Both the position numbers and the translations under genes were made by a program. The notes beneath the pieces were generated by a model, which was not told where the DNA came from, did no database searches, and saw nothing but the letters and a program-made list of their open reading frames with translations. From positions 7,250 through 71,249 of the forward strand of contig CAKTYE010000001.1 of NCBI GenBank assembly GCA_934631985.1: a stretch of DNA of 64,000 nucleotides. Reading direction: 5' to 3'. Below are positions 16,074 through 24,350 of the stretch, piece by piece (position 1 is the first letter of the stretch; every line of letters starts with the position of its first letter). Source of the DNA: an uncultured Clostridia bacterium (lineage in GTDB: Bacteria; Bacillota; Clostridia; Christensenellales; Aristaeellaceae).

Positions 16074-16637
16074 ATGCAGTCGCGACATCGCTTGTGTACG
16101 CTGTTTACCTCCATGCTGTATATCAGCGCATTCACCTTTGGCGGCGGATTTGTCATTGTGTCCCTGATGCAGAAGAAGTTTGTGGAGGAGCTGCATTGGC
16201 TGGAGGAGGATGAAATGCTGGACATGGCGGCGCTGGCGCAGGCCTCGCCGGGGGCCATTGCCGTCAATGCTGCCATTCTGGTGGGACGCAAGGTCGCCGG
16301 GGTGCCGGGGCTGATCGTCTCCGTGCTGGGGACGATCCTGCCGCCCATGCTCATTTTGTCGGTCATTTCGCTGGCCTATGAGGCCTTTGCAACGAACCGC
16401 TGGGTGGCAGCGGCGCTGAAGGGCATGCAGGCGGGCGTTGCGGCGGTCATCGTGGATGTAAGCCTGAACCTGGGGACGAAGGTGCTGAAGGGACGCGATC
16501 CGCTGGCAATTGCTATGATGCTGGCGGCCTTTGTGCTGAACTTTGCGCTGAATGTCAACGTCATCTATATCATTCTGGGGGCGGCAGCGTTGGGCGTGGT
16601 GCGGGTGCTGCTGGCCCGGCGAAAGGGGGCGGCATGA
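16074..16637 (+). CDS. chrA: Chromate transporter (CHR family), short-chain half 1
   Basis: 187 aa with the CHR motif FTFGGGFVI.....KFVEE..W....E..D..ALAQ.SPG..A.N. Confidence 0.85.
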   Translation: MQSRHRLCTLFTSMLYISAFTFGGGFVIVSLMQKKFVEELHWLEEDEMLDMAALAQASPGAIAVNAAILVGRKVAGVPGLIVSVLGTILPPMLILSVISLAYEAFATNRWVAAALKGMQAGVAAVIVDVSLNLGTKVLKGRDPLAIAMMLAAFVLNFALNVNVIYIILGAAALGVVRVLLARRKGAA

Positions 16638-17200
16638 TGCTCTGGCAGATCTTTCTTAGCTTTTTGCAGGTGGGCGCGTTCAGCGTGGGCGGCGGGTATG
16701 CCGCCATGCCGCTCATTCGCAGTCAGGTGGTGGAGCACTTCGGCTGGCTGACCATGGATGAATTTACCAACCTGATCACCATTGCGGAGATGACGCCGGG
16801 GCCTATCGCGGTGAATTCCGCCACGTTTGTGGGGATGCGGCTGGGCGGTATCCTGGGGGCACTGGTGGCCACGTTTGCGTGCATTTTGCCCTCGCTGGTG
16901 ATCGTTTCACTATTGGCATGGGCCTATACGAAATATCGCAGCGGCGAAGCCATGCAGGCGGTGCTGTCCCTGCTGCGGCCCGTGGTGGTGGCGCTCATCA
17001 CCTCTGCTGCGCTGGCAATTTTGCAAACGGCGCTGCTGACTGGCGGCAGCCTTTCATCGGGATCATTTTCTGTGGATTGGATCAACGCGGTGCTGTTCGT
17101 GGCCGCGCTGGTGCTGCTGCGCTGGAAAAAGCTCAGCCCAATTCTGGTCATGATGGGGTGCGGGGTGGCGTATATGGTTGTTTCGGTGTGTGGAGGATGA
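16634..17200 (+). CDS. chrA: Chromate transporter (CHR family), short-chain half 2
   Basis: 188 aa. Contains FSVGGGYAAMPLI.......GW....EF..LI...EMTPGPIA.N. Overlaps half 1 by 4 nt. Confidence 0.85.
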   Translation: MMLWQIFLSFLQVGAFSVGGGYAAMPLIRSQVVEHFGWLTMDEFTNLITIAEMTPGPIAVNSATFVGMRLGGILGALVATFACILPSLVIVSLLAWAYTKYRSGEAMQAVLSLLRPVVVALITSAALAILQTALLTGGSLSSGSFSVDWINAVLFVAALVLLRWKKLSPILVMMGCGVAYMVVSVCGG

Positions 17201-17401
17201 GGAGCATCGACTGCGCTGACATCTTGCTGTTATTTTCAGGGAAGCTATATATCAAATGCATTTATCTGTGCGGAAATTGAATATTTTGCGAAAAGAACGC
17301 ATTGACACAAGGCAGCGAGGCGTAGTCTGTCGTGTGCCAATGCGTTTTATGTTTTTGGTTAACTTCTGAAGGTCGTTGCCCTGCAAAGGAAAAATAACCT
17401 A

Positions 17402-17430
17402 TTGAGGTAACCCTATAGAGGGTGTATAAT
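17402..17430 (+). promoter_or_regulatory. Promoter candidate upstream of the sigma-factor fragment
   Basis: TTGAGG, 17-nt spacer, extended -10 TGTATAAT. Confidence 0.45.
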
Positions 17431-17576
17431 GCCCATTGACAAACATTTGGCAAAATTTGAGGCTGAATAACAGAAAAATAAGGATGCTTTTAGCACATGT
17501 CCGCGTATTATCTACAGGACAAACCGGTGGCAAAATGGGGAACGTCTTGAGGATAGCTGGAAAGGAAACACGGAAG

Positions 17577-17900
17577 ATGGAACGGGAGATTTTTATCAGG
17601 AAACTCTATGACGAGAACGTGACGTTTTTAGAACGATTGTGCAGAAAAAGAACAGGCTATCGTCCTGCCTGCACAGGCCTGATCGACGATTGCATACAGG
17701 AGATTTTTCTTGTCGCGCTCAAAGACTATGAAAAACTGGCTGCACATGAAAATCCTCGGGGCTGGCTGGTGCAGGTCTGCATGTATCGTCTGATGGCTGC
17801 AATGAAGCAGCAGCAAAAGCGAGAAGAGCTGACTGGCTTTTCATTGGAGGACAAAAACATTCCGCCTTGCTTTCAGCACGATACAGTGGAGGCATACTAA
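17577..17900 (+). pseudogene. Sigma-70/ECF-family sigma factor fragment with region 2 only (probably truncated)
   Basis: 107 aa. Region-2-like sequence is present (DDCIQEIFLVALKDYEKL...NPRGWL). No region 4 helix-turn-helix follows, and the ORF stops where GC content drops. Confidence 0.45.
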
Positions 17901-18175
17901 CGCAAAAAGAGGCGCACGGCTTGCACATTGAATGCGCTTACGTTGACAAATACCAGCAAATAACTAATATCATGATTGCTTGTACAGAATTCAATTTGAA
18001 CAGAAGTAAATCCATGCTTACTGGCTTGCACAATTTCTTTTCCCGTATTTGCTACATAGAGATTTTTCAAATACCAGTCATGGAAATACGCGGTTTTAGA
18101 AAGCACGTGCAAAAAAAGACGAAAAATCAGATGCCATTTCACTTTTCTCCTCGTTTTGTTTTGCCTAACAATCAA
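17897..18175 (-). CDS. Hypothetical small protein (low-GC islet)
   Basis: 92-aa ORF whose start overlaps the stop of the upstream minus-strand ORF by 4 nt. I recognise no family, and coding is uncertain. Confidence 0.3.
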   Translation of the reverse strand: MIVRQNKTRRKVKWHLIFRLFLHVLSKTAYFHDWYLKNLYVANTGKEIVQASKHGFTSVQIEFCTSNHDISYLLVFVNVSAFNVQAVRLFLR

Positions 18176-18681
18176 TCCAGGTAAATATACAAAACAATCG
18201 TTGCAGTTTCAATGTCTACCAGAGAGATACTTGTGTCACGCTTTCGTGGACTATCTACAAACATATAGTCATATTCACCACCGCCAATATCGCATACAGG
18301 ACGAAAATGCTCATATTTTTCGAAGCCCCATGCAATGTGCTTAACAACTTCCTGATAGGTATCGCTTTGTGCGATTTTCACTGGTTGCCAACGATCATCC
18401 GTTGTGACCAACTGTTCCATAATGCCTTGCACCTCATCAGGCTGCCTGTAGTCATGAATCATCACAATACTATCACATTGGTTGCTTTTATGCAGAATCA
18501 GCGATGCCTTTTCCTCTGTGAGAGGGTAACCAGTGAGGCCACTAATTCGCTCTATGCCGTAGGCTAAATTATCATGTCCTGACAGGACTTCATTCAAAAC
18601 AATCAGCGAAGCGGAAAGCACAACCAGAGATAGGGCGCTCCACAAAATAACCTTCAAAACACGCTCCAGGACTCGATTCAT
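18172..18681 (-). CDS. Hypothetical membrane-anchored protein (low-GC islet)
   Basis: 169 aa from the ATG at 18681, with AAGGGGGGGAAAT upstream. N-terminal TM segment ILWSALSLVVLSASLIVL. I recognise no family. Confidence 0.5.
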   Translation of the reverse strand: MNRVLERVLKVILWSALSLVVLSASLIVLNEVLSGHDNLAYGIERISGLTGYPLTEEKASLILHKSNQCDSIVMIHDYRQPDEVQGIMEQLVTTDDRWQPVKIAQSDTYQEVVKHIAWGFEKYEHFRPVCDIGGGEYDYMFVDSPRKRDTSISLVDIETATIVLYIYLD

Positions 18682-18900
18682 ATTTCCCCCCCTTATGCTC
18701 CTATTCCAGTTGGAACTCAAAGAAAAACTGTACATCTTCAAAATCCTGCTCCAAGCATTATACTTGTATTCTATCATCCGGCTCCAACTGCTGTCAATCA
18801 GCGCAATCGCAGCACTTGTAAATGTTACAAATGTTTACCCGGCTCGTTGCTGTGAAATATACGAACCTTCAATTTGCAGCAGCAGGCTACATCAAAGAAA

Positions 18901-18941
18901 AGCAAAAAGGATGCCTCCCACATAATGCAGGGAAGCATCCT
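18901..18941 (-). terminator. Intrinsic terminator downstream of deoC
   Basis: On the minus strand: AGGATGCTTCCC, 9-nt loop, GGGAGGCATCCT, then TTTTTGCTTTTC. Confidence 0.75.
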
Positions 18942-19013
18942 TATCAGGTTAAAAGCATCGCTATCCAGACAACAGGGGGACACATCAAAATCCCTTACGT
19001 TGCTTTTACCAGC

Positions 19014-19748
19014 TTAATACCCGCCTTCCATATCCTTCAGCACGTCCACTTCTTCCAGTGTCCCTTCGGCATAGCGCTTTTCTGCTTCTGCCATGATGGC
19101 AGCCGTAGCGCTCACGCCGCAGCGGGATGCGCCTACCGCACGGGCGGACAGCACCGTGTCCAGATCACGGATGCCGCCGGAACCCTTGACACGCACATGC
19201 TCGGAAACGCTCTTGCGCATCAGCTTCAGGTCCTCAATGGTGCAGCCCTTGCTGCCGTAGCCGGTGCTGGTCTTCACAAAGTCCGCGCCCGCTGCTTCGC
19301 TTAGCTGGCAAGCCTTTACCTTCTGCTCGTCGGTGAGGTAGCAGGTCTCCAGGATCACCTTCACGATCGCGCCCGCAGCATGTGCCACTTCCACGATCTG
19401 GTGAATTTCATCCTGCACATAGTCGTAGTCGCCATGAATCATCTTGCCGATGTTCAGCACCATGTCCAGCTCCTGACAGCCGTCCGCCAGTGCCTGCTTA
19501 GCCTCAGCCACCTTGATGGCAGTGCGGTGCGCGCCGTGGGGGAAGCCAATGACCGTGCATACCTTCACATCGCTGCCCTTCAGCAGGGACGCGACCAGGG
19601 GCATGTCGCAGGGACGGGCGCAGACGCTCGCTGTGTCGTAGTGCAGGGCCAGCTCGCAGCCCTTGCGAATGTCATCCTCGGTCAGGAAGGGCTGAAGCGT
19701 GCTGTGATCCAGCATCTTGGCAATATCATGGGGAGTCAGCTTTTTCAT
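19014..19748 (-). CDS. deoC: Deoxyribose-phosphate aldolase
   Basis: 244 aa. DeoC-typical LDHS.L, DMVLNIG, and FVKTSTGY carrying the Schiff-base Lys. GGAGG RBS 7 nt upstream. Confidence 0.9.
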   Translation of the reverse strand: MKKLTPHDIAKMLDHSTLQPFLTEDDIRKGCELALHYDTASVCARPCDMPLVASLLKGSDVKVCTVIGFPHGAHRTAIKVAEAKQALADGCQELDMVLNIGKMIHGDYDYVQDEIHQIVEVAHAAGAIVKVILETCYLTDEQKVKACQLSEAAGADFVKTSTGYGSKGCTIEDLKLMRKSVSEHVRVKGSGGIRDLDTVLSARAVGASRCGVSATAAIMAEAEKRYAEGTLEEVDVLKDMEGGY

Positions 19749-19827
19749 GAGATAGCCTCCAGTATGTTTTGTCGTTGTGCGGCAGAACCGCTTTCAATAG
19801 TATTCGCGATGCAGGGTGAGAAAGCCT

Positions 19828-22122
19828 TTATTCCCGCCAAAATTTTTCCAGCAGCGCCTGCGTATCTCCGCGCCGCAGCTGCCAGTGCGCAGGGCAGAGC
19901 GCCTGATAGGCCGCCTGTGCATAGCGATCATCCAGCAGCAGCGCAACGCCGCGGTCGGTTTCTGTGCGAATGACCCGCCCGACCGCCTGCGCCACCTTTT
20001 GCATGCCGGGAATCTGGTAGGCATAAGCGAAGCCGCGGCCAAGCGTCTGCTCATAATACTCCCGCAGTGTTTCCTGAAAAAGATTCACCTGCGGAAGCCC
20101 CACACCAACTACCATCACGCCGTCCAGCGCCGTGCCGGGCAGGTCGATGCCCTCAGCAAATACGCCGCCCAGCACGCACAGGGACAGTACAGACGCGTCG
20201 CCATGCAGATAAGGGGCGAGGAAGGCCTGACGGTCTGCATCCGTCATGTCCGGCTGCTGGCATTGGCAGGGCAACGCCTCCAACAGCGCGGCAACCTGCC
20301 GCAAATAGGCAAAGCTGGGGAAGTAGACGATATACTTGCCGGGGTGCGCATCGATCATCAGGCGAATGCGCGCCGCAATGTGTCCCGCCGTGGCCTCGCG
20401 GTGCTGATAGCGGGTGTTTACGCTTTCCTGCACCACCAGCAGGCGTTCTGGGGGAAAGGGGGAAGGCATGGCGAAGCAAGCATCCTCTTCCTCGCCGCCC
20501 AGCAGCAGCTTCATGTCTGCCAGGGGCGAAAAGGTGGCGGAGAAGTAAATGACTCCACGCAAGGGTGCGGTGACCTCCTGCAGGTGGCTGGCAATGTCCA
20601 GTGCAAGGGCCGTGACACGATAGTCCCGCGTCCCCTGCACCAGATAGGCGTAGCCGCTTTGCTCCCGGCGCTGGGTGCGCAGAAAGGAAAAAAGCTCCCG
20701 CAGCGCGCTGCCCATATCCTCGGAGACCTCACCCCAGGCAATGCGCTCCTGACCAGCGGCGCTGAGCGCGTCTACCGCATCCTCCGCAGCGTCGATCATG
20801 CCAGCTGGCAATTGCGGCACACGGCCTTCCCGCGCACCCTCGGGCAGCACAAGATCGCCCATGCGTTTGAGCAGCTCCGTCAGCGCCTTGTAAAGCGGAT
20901 GCTTGCACCCAACTACCTTGCCCACGCCCAGCCGCAGACGGCGCAGCGCAGGGCCGTCCAGCGTCCCGGAAAGCATGTCCCGTGTGCGGGAAAGCAGATT
21001 GTGCGCCTCATCTACCAGCAGCGTCACGTCCCCACGGCGGTCAAAGACCCGCTGAATATGCACCGCCGGGTCAAAGGCGTAGTTGTAGTCGCAAACCACC
21101 ACATCGGCCAGCTCTGCCAGGGACAGTGCAAACTCAAAGGGGCATAGGTCGTGCTTGTCCGCCATGGCGCGAACGGCTTCGCCCGTCCAGTCCTGACAGG
21201 CAAGCATCTCGTTCAGCGCGGCCTGATCCCGCAGAAAATGTCCCTTTGCCCGGGGGCACCAGTCAGGATGGCAGAGCGTGGGCCGGGGACACTGCTTCTC
21301 CTTGGCATTCAGCGTCAGCACCCAAAGGCGCAGGTCCTGCGACCGCATACGCTCCACGGCTTCCAATGCGGCTTGCCGCTGGGTAGTTCGCGCAGTGAGA
21401 TAATAGAGCTGATTGGTCAGCCCCTCGCCCAGGGCCTTCAGCGCAGGAAAAAGTGCGGCGGAGGATTTGCCTGTTCCTGTGGGCATGCTAGCAAAAAGTC
21501 TGCGTCTGCGCTTGATGGCGGTGTAGACCTGCACTGCCATTTCCCGCTGCCCCGCGCGATAAGCGGGATAGGGGAAGCGCAGCCCCCGCAGGCTGCGGTC
21601 ACGCTCCAGCACATGGGCGCGGCGAAGTCGTTCCCGGGCGATGTAGCTTGCAGCCAGCGCATCAAACTGCGCGGTGCATTGGGCTGCGGTCTGCTCCGCC
21701 TCAAAGCAGGCGCGCACCTTGCCGTGACGGTCCACATATGTTACACGCAGCCCGACGGTCTCTCGCTCTTCCTCCCGGCAGATGATCGCACCGTAGCAAA
21801 CGCATTGCGCCCAGTGTGCGTCCAGGGGTACAGCGGGCGGCTCTTTGCCCTGCCATAGCTTGATCTCCTCCACACAGGGAGGCGCTTCCCGCCAGGCGTC
21901 CATGCGTCCGGCGACCAGCAGTACCCAGGGCGTTTCATCCTCCACCGTCACGCGGGTGGAAACGGGCTTTTCAGCCGTCCAGGCCAGTCCCAGCAGATTT
22001 TGCCGTGCCTTATGACCCAGCATGCCCTCCTGCATGTCCTTGATGGTGCCGCCGGGGCGGATGTCATCGCCATGGTAGGTGAATTCTACCAGCTCCCGGA
22101 CGGAGATGCGCAACTCTTCCAT
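19828..22122 (-). CDS. DinG/XPD-type (Rad3-like) ATP-dependent DNA helicase with an N-terminal PD-(D/E)XK-like module
   Basis: 764 aa. Walker A is MPTGTGKS and the DEAH box is VDEAHNL. Cys cluster CPRPTLCHPDWCPRAKG is consistent with an Fe-S domain. The N-terminal ~190 aa carry GRMD...EEIK. The start context has no clear SD. Confidence 0.8.
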   Translation of the reverse strand: MEELRISVRELVEFTYHGDDIRPGGTIKDMQEGMLGHKARQNLLGLAWTAEKPVSTRVTVEDETPWVLLVAGRMDAWREAPPCVEEIKLWQGKEPPAVPLDAHWAQCVCYGAIICREEERETVGLRVTYVDRHGKVRACFEAEQTAAQCTAQFDALAASYIARERLRRAHVLERDRSLRGLRFPYPAYRAGQREMAVQVYTAIKRRRRLFASMPTGTGKSSAALFPALKALGEGLTNQLYYLTARTTQRQAALEAVERMRSQDLRLWVLTLNAKEKQCPRPTLCHPDWCPRAKGHFLRDQAALNEMLACQDWTGEAVRAMADKHDLCPFEFALSLAELADVVVCDYNYAFDPAVHIQRVFDRRGDVTLLVDEAHNLLSRTRDMLSGTLDGPALRRLRLGVGKVVGCKHPLYKALTELLKRMGDLVLPEGAREGRVPQLPAGMIDAAEDAVDALSAAGQERIAWGEVSEDMGSALRELFSFLRTQRREQSGYAYLVQGTRDYRVTALALDIASHLQEVTAPLRGVIYFSATFSPLADMKLLLGGEEEDACFAMPSPFPPERLLVVQESVNTRYQHREATAGHIAARIRLMIDAHPGKYIVYFPSFAYLRQVAALLEALPCQCQQPDMTDADRQAFLAPYLHGDASVLSLCVLGGVFAEGIDLPGTALDGVMVVGVGLPQVNLFQETLREYYEQTLGRGFAYAYQIPGMQKVAQAVGRVIRTETDRGVALLLDDRYAQAAYQALCPAHWQLRRGDTQALLEKFWRE

Positions 22123-22240
22123 GGCGATACGGGGGTCACATCCTTTCGGGCGCGGGGTACAAATAGCTTATTTTTTCCCAACAATACTTTATGGTTCACG
22201 CCAGCCGCAACAAAGCACGAATTTACAAGAAGAACAATGC

Positions 22241-22299
22241 TCTTCGGGAGGGAGCGCGAGGAAGGGGGCTTCTGGTACAGAAGCCCCCTCCCTCGCATC
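22241..22299 (+). repeat. Dispersed nested-palindrome repeat, copy A
   Basis: TCTTCGGGAGGGAGCGCGAGGAAGGGGGCTTCTGGTACAGAAGCCCCCTCCCTCGCATC. Shares its termini and the GCTTCTGG-N3-CAGAAGC core with copies at 26700, 26897 and 33188. Confidence 0.85.
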
Positions 22300-22301
22300 G
22301 C

Positions 22302-23123
22302 TCACCCCTCAAACACCCGATTCAAGAACTCCGCCGCCATTTGAGGCCAGTGGGCGCAGTCGGGGAGGTTCAGCTGGGGACAGCGCGTCCCGGTGACCTG
22401 CGCATTAGCAAGGGAGGAACCGTGTCCGCCGTGGGGGAAGATGTGCAGCGCCGCGGGGATGTTGTGCGCGCGCAGCGCTGTCGCCATCAGCAGGCTGTTC
22501 TCAACGGGAACGCTGGCGTCATCCCAGGTGTGCCACAGGAAGGTGGGCGGCGTTTGGTCGGTGACGGCAGTGTCCAGCGAATAGGCAAGATGCTCGGCGG
22601 TGTCCTTGCTGCCGGTCAGATTTTCAAAGGAGCCGCGGTGCGCCTTCGGGCCGCCTGTGATGACGGGATAGCTTAATACCAGCGCATTGGGCTTCACCTG
22701 CTTGGGGGTCAGCCCCATCTCCGCCCACAGCTCCGCCTTGGGCCACCATACGCCCAGACTGCCCGCACAGTGACCGCCGGCAGAAAAGCCCAGCACGGCA
22801 ATCTTGTCGGGGTGCGTGTGCGTCTCCGCTGCATGGGCGCGCACCCAAGCCACCGCTGCCGCAACGTCCTGCTGCGGGCGGGGATAGCGATGGGGCGCAA
22901 CGCGATACCAGACGATAAAGGTGTTGAAGCCCAGCGTGTTAAAGGCCAGCGCTACAGGCTCCGCCTCCCGCTCGGAAAGAAAACCATACCCGCCGCCGGG
23001 GCAGATCACAATGGCGGGCCGCTGAATGTCCGGGTCGATCTCGGCACTGACATGGGGACAGTAAACATCCAAGGGCAGCGCATAGCTGCCTGCGGAAGAA
23101 ATCGTTTTGCGTTCGTACAGCAT
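22302..23123 (-). CDS. Alpha/beta hydrolase (esterase/lipase, HSL-like)
   Basis: 273 aa from the ATG at 23123, with TAGGAGG upstream. Oxyanion motif PGGGY, nucleophile elbow GFSAGGH, C-terminal HGG. Confidence 0.8.
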   Translation of the reverse strand: MLYERKTISSAGSYALPLDVYCPHVSAEIDPDIQRPAIVICPGGGYGFLSEREAEPVALAFNTLGFNTFIVWYRVAPHRYPRPQQDVAAAVAWVRAHAAETHTHPDKIAVLGFSAGGHCAGSLGVWWPKAELWAEMGLTPKQVKPNALVLSYPVITGGPKAHRGSFENLTGSKDTAEHLAYSLDTAVTDQTPPTFLWHTWDDASVPVENSLLMATALRAHNIPAALHIFPHGGHGSSLANAQVTGTRCPQLNLPDCAHWPQMAAEFLNRVFEG

Positions 23124-23319
23124 CCGGGGAAACCTCCTATGTTTTTTGTACATTATAGCATGTTGCGGCAGGAAAGAAAACAGTGCGCCGGGAATTTGCA
23201 CGTTATCGCGCCAAAGCGGAAAGCTGTCGCAGAAAAAGTTGGCCCCCGGTGGTGGTCAGACAGGAGAAAGTATGCTATACTGAGGGCATATCCCAGAAAG
23301 AAAGGCGGTATGAAATATC

Positions 23320-24030
23320 ATGAAAAAGGTAATGGCAATGGTGCTGACCCTGGCAATGGTGCTGTGCAGCGCGTCTGCGCTGGCGGCGGGCAAGTTGACC
23401 GTGAATCAGGAAACCTACTTTGTCACCGAGGGCTATAGCCTCAAGTGCTTCGTTTTTGCCGAGGTGGAAAACACCGGCGACAAGAGCATCGAGTTTGACA
23501 ACGGCCTGCTGGAAATGCTCACCGAGGATGGCGAACCCACCGATAACGCAAACATCTATAATATGTATCCCGAGGTGCTGGCTCCCGGCGAAAAGGGCTA
23601 CATCGTGGACTATGAATACTGCGATGACGGCGTGACCGCGGCGGATGTGGCGGATCACAGCCTGAACGTCACCGGCAAGTCCACCAAGGAAGACGCGCCT
23701 GTACGCCTGGATGCAAAGGGAACCCTCGGCAAGATCGCCAACACATGGGTCAGCGAGGATGCGGTGCAGGTCATGGTGACCAACAACACCAGCGAAACAG
23801 TGTACGGCTGGGGCGTGGCATACGCGCTGTACGATACGAATGATACCCTGCTGTGCGTGGATGCAGACCTCATGATCAATCAGGGCATTCCTGCTGGTCA
23901 GTGCGTGGAAATGTTGTTCAGCATGGATGAGGATCTTCAAGCGAAATGGGCAGCGGAGGGTCTGAAGCCTGCCCGCGTGGAAGCACTGGCCTATGTCATC
24001 GGTTCGAATGTTACCTTCACTGCGGAGTAA
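23320..24030 (+). CDS. Secreted protein of unknown function
   Basis: 236 aa. Signal peptide MKKVMAMVLTLAMVLCSASALAAG. The beta-rich composition suggests an Ig-like fold, but I cannot name a confident family. Confidence 0.65.
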   Translation: MKKVMAMVLTLAMVLCSASALAAGKLTVNQETYFVTEGYSLKCFVFAEVENTGDKSIEFDNGLLEMLTEDGEPTDNANIYNMYPEVLAPGEKGYIVDYEYCDDGVTAADVADHSLNVTGKSTKEDAPVRLDAKGTLGKIANTWVSEDAVQVMVTNNTSETVYGWGVAYALYDTNDTLLCVDADLMINQGIPAGQCVEMLFSMDEDLQAKWAAEGLKPARVEALAYVIGSNVTFTAE

Positions 24031-24046
24031 AGACGAATATTCCATG

Positions 24047-24088
24047 AAAAATCCCCGGCGTTCATTCGTGAATTCCGGGGATTTTTTT
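24047..24088 (+). terminator. Intrinsic terminator
   Basis: ATCCCCGG (24051-24058) pairs with CCGGGGAT (24075-24082), followed by TTTTTTT. Confidence 0.8.
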
Positions 24089-24100
24089 GCTTGCAAGAGC

Positions 24101-24323
24101 TGTGGAAAAATGTTCCCCTGTGGAGAAGACTGTCGGGTTTTGCACTGCCTGTGCAAAAGCGGAAAATCCCCTGCATGCACGCTTTTTCAACACCTGCGGC
24201 GGCATGCGGCAAACGCTGCATTCGAAAAGTTTCCACAAGGTTATCCACAGTTTGGGGAGAAAAAGGGGAATCTTTCATGGGAACATCCGGGAAGTTCTAC
24301 ACATTTTACACACGTTTTCCACA
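24101..24323. promoter_or_regulatory. Cluster of DnaA-box-like 9-mers
   Basis: Compared with TTATCCACA: perfect match at 24241-24249; one mismatch at 24315-24323 (TTTTCCACA), 24101-24109 (reverse complement TTTTCCACA) and 24119-24127 (reverse complement TTCTCCACA); two mismatches at 24229-24237 and 24304-24312. Confidence 0.5.
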
Positions 24324-24350
24324 GTTCGTGAATACGTTGGGGAAAACAGC

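Noticed and set aside
13920-16196. 758-aa minus-strand ORF, plus similar long antisense ORFs at 5246-7147, 8724-10106, 24920-26833, 54443-56212 and 60222-62090
   Set aside because: All are antisense to genes with clear motifs (ABC binding protein/CbiK, DnaD, the TPR protein, RqcH, AddB, ModC/FdhD). All have Arg/His/Gly/Ala-rich non-protein-like sequence, as expected from the scarcity of stop codons in GC-rich antisense frames.
16074-17200. chrA split into two ORFs as a possible frameshifted pseudogene
   Set aside because: Paired short-chain CHR proteins of about 190 aa each, with a 4-nt overlap, are a well-known native arrangement. Both halves carry their own complete CHR motif.
17867-18184. 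105-aa plus-strand ORF in the low-GC islet
   Set aside because: It has no RBS and a non-protein-like sequence. The opposite-strand 92-aa ORF is translationally coupled to its upstream neighbour and is the slightly better candidate, although that one is also weak.
22079-22396. Small ORFs translating the repeat elements as ..[11 protein letters not shown].. (also 26595-26999 and the N-terminal extension of the 33062 ORF)
   Set aside because: The shared peptide is a by-product of the conserved palindromic DNA repeat. The ORFs lack RBSs, occur on either strand relative to the element, and overlap real gene ends.
24090-24350. Chromosomal replication origin (oriC)
   Set aside because: DnaA-like boxes are present, but there is no adjacent dnaA or dnaN and no AT-rich unwinding element. 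The flanking genes converge on the site rather than diverge from it. I report it only as a DnaA-box cluster.
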